Of a stretch of 32,236 nucleotides of DNA, positions 7,246 to 14,493 are shown piece after piece. The translations under genes and the position numbers were made by a program. Every line of letters starts with the position of its first letter. Position 1 is the first letter of the stretch. The DNA lies in IMG/VR virus record IMGVR_UViG_3300008224_000003, positions 1 through 32,236 of that record; one strand, 5' to 3'. The notes beneath the pieces are model-generated. The model made no database searches, had not been told where the DNA came from, and saw only the letters and a program-made list of their open reading frames with translations. Source of the stretch: a virus (lineage: Duplodnaviria; Caudoviricetes).

Positions 7246-8975
7246 GCATTTACGAGCAAATAACTGGCATGGGCCAGGACTTTCAGGATTTTAGAAAGCG
7301 CGGCGGGTTTACGCCCCAGCTGCACGGGATCTTGGGTGAGATTGGCGAGGCTGCTAGTTATTTTCTAAGCCCCAGGGGCCGACAGGCGGCGATGAATGTG
7401 GCTGAAGTTGGCGACATGGTAAACCCGGTTGCTGGTGTAGCCAGATCGGGGCAGCAATTTTCTGAGGGCGATTATGTCGGCGCTATGACTGAGGTTGCCG
7501 GGATATTGATCCCCACGGCTATTGTGGCGCGCTTTGGGCCTCAGACGGCTCTGGCGGCTGGCAAGGCCATCCAGGAGACTTTGACGGGTACTGGCGACAG
7601 CATGGGCCAAGTCGGCGCTGATGTGTATGAGGCGTTTATTCGTCGCATGAACCAGCCTGGTCCGGCGCCGGATGCGCTGGGCAGTAACTTGGGGAATTTT
7701 GGCAGCAATAGCGGAGCGCAGCCGGTCAACCAGCTTGGCGATGTTTCGTCGGTTGACTTGCCCGAAGGGTCGCTGCCTCAATACACTGGCGCAGCGCCAA
7801 ACCGGACTGAGCCATACCAGCGCTACCGGCCGAAAAACACAACTGAGCGCATGCAGCGCTTAGAGGCGTCTGTCGCAGACCCCGACAATCCAATCAATCA
7901 AATCTTTGATGACCACATCGAGAAGGGAATAAAGTTAGCCGGCCCGGATTGGTACAACACTGAGGAGCTACGCGATTGGTTCATATCTACTCTTGGCGAT
8001 AAGGATGGTGACGCTCAGTGGCGCGAGTTTATGGAACTGATTGGCACCACATCGACCGGTGCTAAAGTGCCCCAGAACATTCGGATGGCGAGCTTTTATC
8101 GAGCGTTGGCCCCGGAAGATCGAGCGGCTGTCGCGCAGCTTGTTAAGGATGAGGGCATCACGCCGAAAAAGGCGGCTGATCGGCTGGGGGTTTTGCCGGC
8201 AAACACGCCAGACAATTATGGCTATGGCCACTTGAAGCAGCGCAACCAGGCCGGCAATGTCGTGAACCGCGAGGCTGGGGCTTGGGATCGCGAGGTGCCG
8301 GAAGACCTTACCGGCGCAGCGCTGTCTAAATTTCTCCAGGCAAACCCGAAGGTAAAGGGTTTCGGTAACGACCTTCTGGGCGATGATACAAACATTGCGG
8401 CTGACATGCACTTTATGCGGATGCTGGCGATGGCTGATGGCGGCGGTGATTTTTTAAACAACCAGGCAAAGCTGAGTGCTGAGAACGCTGCAATAGCGGC
8501 AGAGGCCATTGGCCCAAAGAAAATTAAAAAGTACACCACAACGCGCAAGGTAAATGGCAAGCCAGTTAGCGAAATCAACTTGTTTAAGGCGTGGCAAGAC
8601 GGGCACATTGAGGACACATCTGTATTCCAAAAAATGCCGACCGCCTGGTCTGATACGCCGAAGGCCAACGAGTATGCTGCATATGAAGACATGGCAAATC
8701 GTGTCGCGGAAGCCTACGGGATGACGCCGGCGCAATTTCAGGCGAGCTTATGGATGGGCGCGGGTGAGATGACCGGTCTGGCTGACGAAAGCCAGGGCAC
8801 GTTTATGAACTTATTCCGGCGCAGCTTGGATAAACGCGCAGGGGAGCGCGGTTTGTCGCGAAAGGAAATGCTGCTTGATTTTCTGCAAAACAAAGCACCT
8901 TTGGCAGTCGGCCCTATGGGCGTTTTAGGCGCCTTGCAGATGCAGGGCGAGGGCGAAGAGCGCGGTGGAATTTAA
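7242..8975 (+). CDS. Ejection-like protein with putative HhH-GPD DNA glycosylase/lyase-fold domain
   Basis: 577 aa. Gly/Ala-rich amphipathic N-terminus, then DWY, S...V.QN, PKVKGF...LLG....IAADMHFMR and TPAQFQASLW motifs. Confidence 0.6.
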   Translation: MSIYEQITGMGQDFQDFRKRGGFTPQLHGILGEIGEAASYFLSPRGRQAAMNVAEVGDMVNPVAGVARSGQQFSEGDYVGAMTEVAGILIPTAIVARFGPQTALAAGKAIQETLTGTGDSMGQVGADVYEAFIRRMNQPGPAPDALGSNLGNFGSNSGAQPVNQLGDVSSVDLPEGSLPQYTGAAPNRTEPYQRYRPKNTTERMQRLEASVADPDNPINQIFDDHIEKGIKLAGPDWYNTEELRDWFISTLGDKDGDAQWREFMELIGTTSTGAKVPQNIRMASFYRALAPEDRAAVAQLVKDEGITPKKAADRLGVLPANTPDNYGYGHLKQRNQAGNVVNREAGAWDREVPEDLTGAALSKFLQANPKVKGFGNDLLGDDTNIAADMHFMRMLAMADGGGDFLNNQAKLSAENAAIAAEAIGPKKIKKYTTTRKVNGKPVSEINLFKAWQDGHIEDTSVFQKMPTAWSDTPKANEYAAYEDMANRVAEAYGMTPAQFQASLWMGAGEMTGLADESQGTFMNLFRRSLDKRAGERGLSRKEMLLDFLQNKAPLAVGPMGVLGALQMQGEGEERGGI

Positions 8976-9199
8976 TGGACCTTCTAAATCAAATAATGAC
9001 TTGGGTCGTAGCACCGGTAGCGGGCTACGCCTTTTTTTTGCACCGCAAGCTTTCGGAAAACATTACCAACATTGCGGTGCTGAACGCGGAAACAAAAAAT
9101 CTGCGTGAGCTACATGGACGCGAAGTGAAGGACATAAAGGTGTCAATGGAGCGTATTTTTGAGAAGCTAGACAGCATCGAGCAAGCACTGCGCAAGTAG
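8975..9199 (+). CDS. Small membrane-anchored coiled-coil protein (lysis-associated)
   Basis: N-terminal hydrophobic segment followed by heptad-like IFEKLDSIEQAL; start of the lysis cluster. Confidence 0.65.
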   Translation: MDLLNQIMTWVVAPVAGYAFFLHRKLSENITNIAVLNAETKNLRELHGREVKDIKVSMERIFEKLDSIEQALRK

Positions 9200-9592
9200 A
9201 TGTTTGAACCGCTGTCTGGGCGGGGCAAAGCAGTAAGAACGGGACGGGCTGGTGAATACCTCGCCGCGTATTTCTTTGAAAGAAAAGGCTTTACGACCAC
9301 GCTGGCATCGGCGGTTGGTTTTGACTTAGTTATCGCTAAGCAGAGCCAGGTCTACTTAATTGAAGTAAAAGCGAGATTGATAACGAGAAAAGATCGGCCA
9401 AACCACATGCGGTTCAACATAAGACCGGCGGCAACCGAAGCGTTTGCGTATTGCTTTATTAACTTGCGCAACCAGCTGATGCTGTTTGAGAGGACTGACA
9501 ACATTCGTCACCTATCTCATCGGTCGATAAAAGCGTCAAATTTCACTGAACAAAATATGCACGACAGCTTTGCGGAGGTTTTTCAGCAATGA
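9200..9592 (+). CDS. PD-(D/E)xK endonuclease (Hjc/YraN/PDDEXK_5-like)
   Basis: GRAGEYLAA.FF..KGF, FDLVI and IEVK give the E..D..ExK catalytic signature. Confidence 0.8.
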   Translation: MFEPLSGRGKAVRTGRAGEYLAAYFFERKGFTTTLASAVGFDLVIAKQSQVYLIEVKARLITRKDRPNHMRFNIRPAATEAFAYCFINLRNQLMLFERTDNIRHLSHRSIKASNFTEQNMHDSFAEVFQQ

Positions 9593-9789
9593 CAATTGCG
9601 ATGGAAAGAATTTTGGCGTGGAAGATATTACCGCGCGTGATGATGGTTATGATGTCTGTTTCCGCGTGGCGCGTGGTGGAGTGGTTTATGACGCTCGATG
9701 ATCCGACAACTCAGCAATCTGCGCTTGTCAGTGTGGTTACCGGCGCAATGACCGGAGCCTTTGCCGTTTGGCTGGGGCATGAGAAATGA
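9589..9789 (+). CDS. Small two-TM membrane protein (holin/antiholin-like)
   Basis: 66 aa with two hydrophobic segments; ATGA-coupled on both sides. Confidence 0.7.
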   Translation: MTIAMERILAWKILPRVMMVMMSVSAWRVVEWFMTLDDPTTQQSALVSVVTGAMTGAFAVWLGHEK

Positions 9790-10163
9790 GTTTACTGTCT
9801 CAATTGATCTCACCGGCGACTGAACTGGCCGGTAAATTTATCAAAGATAAGGATCAGGCCGCGAGGCTTGCCCATGAGCTAAGCACGATGGCCGACAGAC
9901 ACGCCCAGGAAGCGCTCCTGGCGCAGCTGGAGATCAATAAGGTCGAGGCGGCTGGCAACTGGTTTACGGCGTCCTGGCGCCCCCTGTGCGGCTATGTGTG
10001 CGTGTTGGGTTTAATGGTTAACTTTTTAATTTCGCCTATTGCGGCTGGCTTTGGATTTATCGTCCCGCAAGCTGACATGGCGGCGATGTCTCCAATCTTA
10101 ATGGGCATGCTTGGCTTGGCCGGGATGCGCTCATATGAAAAAGTGAAAGGAATAACAAAGTGA
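9786..10163 (+). CDS. Holin (3TM GTA-holin-like family)
   Basis: Q.EINK.EA...WF.ASWRP..GYVC and MLGL.G.RSYEK.KG signature. Confidence 0.85.
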   Translation: MSLLSQLISPATELAGKFIKDKDQAARLAHELSTMADRHAQEALLAQLEINKVEAAGNWFTASWRPLCGYVCVLGLMVNFLISPIAAGFGFIVPQADMAAMSPILMGMLGLAGMRSYEKVKGITK

Positions 10164-10633
10164 GTTTTAAATTCAGCAAGCGCAGCTTAGATCGGCTCAA
10201 GGGCGTTCACCCCAAGCTGGTCGAGGTTTGCAAGATGGCGATAAAAACGACAGATGTCGATTTTGGAATTACTTGCGGCACCCGCACAATGGCTGAGCAA
10301 AAAAAGCTAAAGGCAGCTGGCAGAAGCTGGACGCTTAACAGCAAGCACATCAAGCAAGATGATGGGTTCAGTCACGCTGTTGACTTGGTCGCATATGTCG
10401 ATGGCGAAGTGTGCTGGGAGGAGGATGTTTATGAGCGCCTGGGCGATCACATCATAAAGGCTGCTAAGCATGTCGATGTCCCGCTCCGCTGGGGCGGCGG
10501 CTGGCATCTTTGGGACGCCAGAACGCGCAACAGCTGCGAAGAGCTTTATATGGAATATTGCCGTTTGCGTACTCAGGCTGGCCGCAAAATTTCGACAGAC
10601 ATGCCCCACTGGGAGATCGGCCGCGAAAACTAG
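10160..10633 (+). CDS. Endolysin, peptidase M15 (L-Ala-D-Glu peptidase type)
   Basis: FSKRS...LKGVHPKL, G.RT..EQ, SKH......HAVD, WGG.W and D.PH.E zinc-peptidase motifs. Confidence 0.92.
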   Translation: MSFKFSKRSLDRLKGVHPKLVEVCKMAIKTTDVDFGITCGTRTMAEQKKLKAAGRSWTLNSKHIKQDDGFSHAVDLVAYVDGEVCWEEDVYERLGDHIIKAAKHVDVPLRWGGGWHLWDARTRNSCEELYMEYCRLRTQAGRKISTDMPHWEIGREN

Positions 10634-10677
10634 CGCTCTGGGGGCACAAAATGCCTTGCAGTGTTTAGATCGGGGGA

Positions 10678-10706
10678 ACCCGGCGCATGCGCCGGGTCGG
10701 CTTTTT
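10678..10706. terminator. Probable bidirectional terminator between convergent genes
   Basis: Perfect 20-bp palindrome ACCCGGCGCATGCGCCGGGT (10678-10697) followed closely by TTTTT. Confidence 0.7.
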
Positions 10707-11049
10707 AGGAATTAGCTTTATCCCTTGCATTTACAAAATCCCAACGGGTCATGCCCTTAGTACCCCAAACTGGCTCCAACCCTTCATCTTCAATTATTAT
10801 GTTATGGGCGCCCCGGTTACTTATTTCGTCGGGCCTATAATCTAGTCGAACCAATAGCAATTCGATAGGCTCATATTTATGCCAAATCATCCACTCCATA
10901 ACCCGGATGGCGATTGGGTTAACCGGCCTGGGGTCATCTTCTGTCTCCCACCGCCGGATCGTTCTGGCAGTGGTGTTTAAGATGCAAGCTAGTTCCTCTT
11001 GCGTGAGCGCCAGGTCGTAGCGGTGTTCCTTGAATTTAGATGGGGTCAT
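10705..11049 (-). CDS. XRE/Cro-type HTH protein (Aca-like position)
   Basis: MTP..FK..R..LALTQEELA.IL..T.RTIRRWE motif; last gene of the minus-strand island. Confidence 0.85.
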   Translation of the reverse strand: MTPSKFKEHRYDLALTQEELACILNTTARTIRRWETEDDPRPVNPIAIRVMEWMIWHKYEPIELLLVRLDYRPDEISNRGAHNIIIEDEGLEPVWGTKGMTRWDFVNARDKANS

Positions 11050-11321
11050 GTTGTTTCCCTTTCACAGTTTTTCGGATCAGCACCCGGCACATCAAAGCCA
11101 AACATCGATCCAGCTTGCATAGCTTCAATTTGCGCCGCGCTGATACCTTGGCGCTCGTTAAAGCGTATCGCAGCGGACCATGTCCAGCCTTCCATAGGCC
11201 AATATCCTTGCTCCCCTTTCTTGATGCAAATGACTTTGCTCTTGTCCGCGATGTCTTGCACCATGCACATCTCTGGCAGATCGTTCAAAACCTCGATTAA
11301 ATCACGTTCAATTATTTTCAT
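11046..11321 (-). CDS. Small hypothetical protein (IKKGEQGY..AM.AGSMFGF.VPGADP)
   Basis: 91 aa, RBS AGGAG, ATGA-coupled to the HTH gene. Confidence 0.8.
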   Translation of the reverse strand: MKIIERDLIEVLNDLPEMCMVQDIADKSKVICIKKGEQGYWPMEGWTWSAAIRFNERQGISAAQIEAMQAGSMFGFDVPGADPKNCERETT

Positions 11322-11357
11322 TTTTTTCTCCTGTTTGTTAAGTTGGTCTTCAGGATG

Positions 11358-11375
11358 CCAGCCCCGCAGGGCTGG
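11358..11375 (-). promoter_or_regulatory. Intergenic hairpin CCAGCCC-N4-GGGCTGG
   Basis: Perfect 7-bp stem in the gap between ORFs 11387-11740 and 11046-11321. Confidence 0.55.
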
Positions 11376-11386
11376 TCACCAAAAGA

Positions 11387-11740
11387 TCAGCTAGTGGCTT
11401 TGGCAATGTGCCGCTTTAGCTTTGCGGCTTGTTTTGCAAAGTATTTGCCGCCAGCGACGATCTCTGGGTCATCATCCCAGTGACCTTCGCGGTAGTCGAT
11501 GTCAGCGCGGTTGTCCAAGTCCGCTTGGAACTCACGCGCAATGTCAACATCGACTTGCGTTGATGGCTTGATCTTTCCCGAAAGAAAGTCTCCAAGAAAC
11601 GAAATGTATTGATTGCGATATTCTAATGGCGTAATGCCATCAGCACATTCAATGAAGTTCGAGACTTCACTGTTAGTGTAGTCCGGCTGGCCGCGAAAGC
11701 TGATGCCAAATGGAATGGTTTTGGTAGAAGTGTTAGTCAT
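11387..11740 (-). CDS. Small hypothetical protein with acidic patch
   Basis: 117 aa, RBS AGGAGG, begins ATGACTAAC. Confidence 0.8.
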   Translation of the reverse strand: MTNTSTKTIPFGISFRGQPDYTNSEVSNFIECADGITPLEYRNQYISFLGDFLSGKIKPSTQVDVDIAREFQADLDNRADIDYREGHWDDDPEIVAGGKYFAKQAAKLKRHIAKATS

Positions 11741-11761
11741 AGTGTTGCCCTCCTGAGCATT

Positions 11762-11778
11762 GTGGGCTTCATTGCCCT
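11762..11778 (-). repeat. 17-bp leader repeat, copy 2 (AGGGCAATGAAGCCCAC)
   Basis: Identical to 11996-12012; lies 7 nt upstream of AGGAGG. Confidence 0.9.
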
Positions 11779-11788
11779 GGTCATTGGG

Positions 11789-11804
11789 TGGGGCCGAAGC
11801 CCCA
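11789..11804 (-). promoter_or_regulatory. UUCG-tetraloop hairpin (TGGGGC-TTCG-GCCCCA)
   Basis: Directly downstream of the 55-aa ORF stop; no U-tract follows. Confidence 0.6.
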
Positions 11805-11809
11805 GGCGA

Positions 11810-11977
11810 TTAAATTGTGTTATCTGCAATTGTGTCTTTCAGAATGCGCACCATTACGTTCCACTGCGCATCACCAAGAATTTCTTTGGCCTTTGCGTTA
11901 TCGATTTTTGCGAGCGCCTTTTTAGCTTGCTCAAGTCCATCAGCGGAAAGATTTTGAATTGCGAATGAGTTAGTCAT
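11810..11977 (-). CDS. 55-aa helical hypothetical protein (MTNSFAIQNLSADGLEQAKKALAKIDNAKAKEILGDAQWNVMVRILKDTIADNTI)
   Basis: Translated by hand; RBS AGGAGG 5 nt upstream; first gene after the promoter; missing from the ORF track. Confidence 0.8.
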   Translation of the reverse strand: MTNSFAIQNLSADGLEQAKKALAKIDNAKAKEILGDAQWNVMVRILKDTIADNTI

Positions 11978-11995
11978 TTTGGCCTCCTAGCCGTA

Positions 11996-12012
11996 GTGGG
12001 CTTCATTGCCCT
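11996..12012 (-). repeat. 17-bp leader repeat, copy 1 (AGGGCAATGAAGCCCAC)
   Basis: Identical to 11762-11778; lies 7 nt upstream of AGGAGG, at the predicted transcript 5' end. Confidence 0.9.
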
Positions 12013-12049
12013 ATACATTATATATAGGGACACTGTGTCCGGTTATCAA
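12009..12049 (-). promoter_or_regulatory. Sigma70-type promoter overlapped by two inverted repeats
   Basis: Minus strand TTGATA-N17-TATATA(TAAT). GGACAC-N-GTGTCC (12028-12040) lies in the spacer and CCCTATA-N7-TATAGGG (12009-12029) covers the -10; A/T tracts upstream. Confidence 0.75.
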
Positions 12050-12151
12050 GGGTAAGACATCAAATAAATTCAAAAAAAGTTAAAAAAACCGCCATCCAGA
12101 GTATTTTTTTTCGCCAAATGTTACGGCTTAGAAAATTTTTGGAGTGGCTGC

Positions 12152-14266
12152 GTGGCTGAACTTGAAGAAATGACCGACGATGAGCTAGAAGCCATCGTAT
12201 CCACCGCCGTAAAGGATGCGGTGGAATTTATTGATGCTGAGATCACGCCGCGCCGGGTGCTGAGCCAGGACATGTTTGACGGCCAGACGCGCGTTGGCGC
12301 CGAAGAGGGCCGGTCATCTGTGGTGCGCTCTGTCATCCGGGACACGGTGCGCGCGGTCAAGCCAAGCCTGATGCGTATTTTCGCGGCTAATGACAAGGTC
12401 GTACAATTTGAGCCGGTCGGGCCTGAAGACGTTCAGACGGCCGAAATGGCTACCCAGGCGATCAATCATATCTTTGAGCAAAACAATGCGTACCGGCTGC
12501 TTGACGATGCATTCCAGGACGCCCTGGTCAAGAAGGTTGGGATATTAAAAGCCTATTACGAGGACAGCGATGAGCAAACTATTCACGACTATACGGGCCT
12601 GGATCAGCAAGCTTTTGACTTCCTTGAAAGCCAGCCTGATGTCGATATTCTATCTACAGTGGTTGAGACAAAAGTTGAGATCGGCCCGGACGGCGTTGAC
12701 GCTGAGGTGCCAATCATTGATGCGCGGATTGCGCGCCGTAAGAGATCGGGTGAGATCAAAGTAGAGAGCGTCCCGCCCGAAGAATTTTTTATCAACCGCG
12801 ATGCCCGGAGCATCGATGACTTTTATGTGTGCGGCCACCGCACTGAGATGCGTGTCGGTGACCTGGTCGCGATGGGCTATGATTTCGATGAGGTCAGCGA
12901 CCTGACCGGCCTGTCAGACGCAACTGATACCCGCGACCTGGAGAAGAGCGCGCGCCGGGGCTACTACACAAACGATAATGACGACGATCCCAACCGCGAT
13001 CCGACTATGCGACTTGTGGCTGTCACTGAGGCATTTATGCGCGTCGATCCTTTTGCAACCGGCATCCCATCGCTCTATCGCTTTGTCCTGGGCGGCGGGT
13101 CTTACAAGATGCTGAGCGCGGAGCCTATCGACCGGGTGCCGTTTGCAATTTTTGAAATCCAGCCGGAGCCGCACACCTTTTGGGGCACATCGATCTCCGA
13201 TATTTTAATGGACGACCAGGACAGCGCGACCAGCATTTTGCGCGGCATCCTTGACAATGTGGCGATGACGAACACGCCGCGCCTGGCGATTACAAATGAC
13301 GTAAATGTTGACGATGTTTTAAACAACGAAATTGGCGCCGTGGTGCGCCAGAGAGTGCCCAATAGCGTCCAGACGCTGACGGTGCCCTTTGCGGCTGGCC
13401 AGACGCTTTCAGCGCTCCAGTACGTCGATCAAATGGTCGAGACAAAGACCGGGGTTAAGTCCGACAGCCAACTTCACCAGGACGCGCTGCAATCGACCAC
13501 TGCCCTGGCGGTCCAGAGCCAGATGCAGAGCGCAGCTGCGCAGATCGAGACAATGGCCCGGAATTTGGCCGAGGGCGGCATGAAGCAGCTGTTTAAGCTG
13601 TTATTACATTTGTTTATACACAATACCGACAACGAAAAAATGATGCGCCTGAACAACACTTTTCAGCGCGTAGACCCGCGATCCTGGCATGCCGATCTTG
13701 ACCTATCTGTGAATGTCGGCCTGGGCACCGGCCGGGAAGATGAGCGGCGCGCGGCTCTGATGCAGACGCAGCAAACGCAGCAAACAATCTTGCAGACAAT
13801 GGGGCCGCAAAACCCGCTGGTTAGCTTGAGCCAGCTGAGAAACACCCTGGCCGATCTTCTGGGCGCGAGCGGCATCAAAAACAGTGACCGGTACTTCCAG
13901 CCGCTGACCCCGGAAGCGGAGCAACAAATGGCCGCGCAGCAAGCCCAGGCGGCGCAAGCCCAGGCGGCGCAGATGCAGCAACAAGACCCAACGCAGGGGC
14001 TGATGCAGATCGAGCAAATGAAGGCGCAGAGCAAATCGCAGAGCGATATGATGAAGCTCCAGATGGACGCCCAGAAATTCCAGGCCGATCAGCAAATGAA
14101 AGAGCGCCGGATGATCCTCGATGATGACCTGGCGCGCGACAAGATGGTCCAGGAGCTAGCGGTCAAGGTCGCTCAGATACTCGGCCAATACGGCACGGCG
14201 GTTGATACCGCTTCAATAACGCAAGAGCAAAATGCAGCGCGGGAGCCGAATGGATTTAGCAACTAA
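12152..14266 (+). CDS. Portal protein (P22-like, with Gln-rich C-terminal barrel)
   Basis: 704 aa; GRSSVV, V..VKPSLMRIF, F.PVGPED...AE.AT, F.DAL..K.G..K, V.PEEF and P.PH.FWG.S motifs; upstream of scaffold and capsid. Confidence 0.93.
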   Translation: MAELEEMTDDELEAIVSTAVKDAVEFIDAEITPRRVLSQDMFDGQTRVGAEEGRSSVVRSVIRDTVRAVKPSLMRIFAANDKVVQFEPVGPEDVQTAEMATQAINHIFEQNNAYRLLDDAFQDALVKKVGILKAYYEDSDEQTIHDYTGLDQQAFDFLESQPDVDILSTVVETKVEIGPDGVDAEVPIIDARIARRKRSGEIKVESVPPEEFFINRDARSIDDFYVCGHRTEMRVGDLVAMGYDFDEVSDLTGLSDATDTRDLEKSARRGYYTNDNDDDPNRDPTMRLVAVTEAFMRVDPFATGIPSLYRFVLGGGSYKMLSAEPIDRVPFAIFEIQPEPHTFWGTSISDILMDDQDSATSILRGILDNVAMTNTPRLAITNDVNVDDVLNNEIGAVVRQRVPNSVQTLTVPFAAGQTLSALQYVDQMVETKTGVKSDSQLHQDALQSTTALAVQSQMQSAAAQIETMARNLAEGGMKQLFKLLLHLFIHNTDNEKMMRLNNTFQRVDPRSWHADLDLSVNVGLGTGREDERRAALMQTQQTQQTILQTMGPQNPLVSLSQLRNTLADLLGASGIKNSDRYFQPLTPEAEQQMAAQQAQAAQAQAAQMQQQDPTQGLMQIEQMKAQSKSQSDMMKLQMDAQKFQADQQMKERRMILDDDLARDKMVQELAVKVAQILGQYGTAVDTASITQEQNAAREPNGFSN

Positions 14267-14489
14267 GGCAGCGCGCATCAGAAGCTTTTTGCAAGATGAC
14301 GTTTTTCAAGAACTGGTCAAGAAGCAAAAGCAAGACCAGATCGATGTATTTTTGGAGCCAGGGGCGACCCTGGAGCAAATAGACGAGGCGCGCCGTCAAG
14401 TGCGCGCAATTGACGATCTGATCAGCGGAATGCGCAGCGTTCTGACTGACGCCCAGATCGTCGAACGAAAGACTAAAAAACGAGGCTAG
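14250..14489 (+). CDS. Small conserved-position protein between portal and scaffold
   Basis: 79 aa from ATG 14250 (RBS GGGAG), helical. Confidence 0.75.
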   Translation: MDLATKAARIRSFLQDDVFQELVKKQKQDQIDVFLEPGATLEQIDEARRQVRAIDDLISGMRSVLTDAQIVERKTKKRG

Positions 14490-14493
14490 CACC

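Noticed and set aside
11762-12012. 17-bp direct repeat as a CRISPR array or att sites
   Set aside because: Only two copies, 234 bp apart, each tied to an RBS and start codon; no recombinase nearby.
13940-13969. 15-bp tandem repeat (CAAGCCCAGGCGGCG x2) in the portal gene
   Set aside because: Ordinary Gln/Ala low-complexity linker of a P22-like portal C-terminus.
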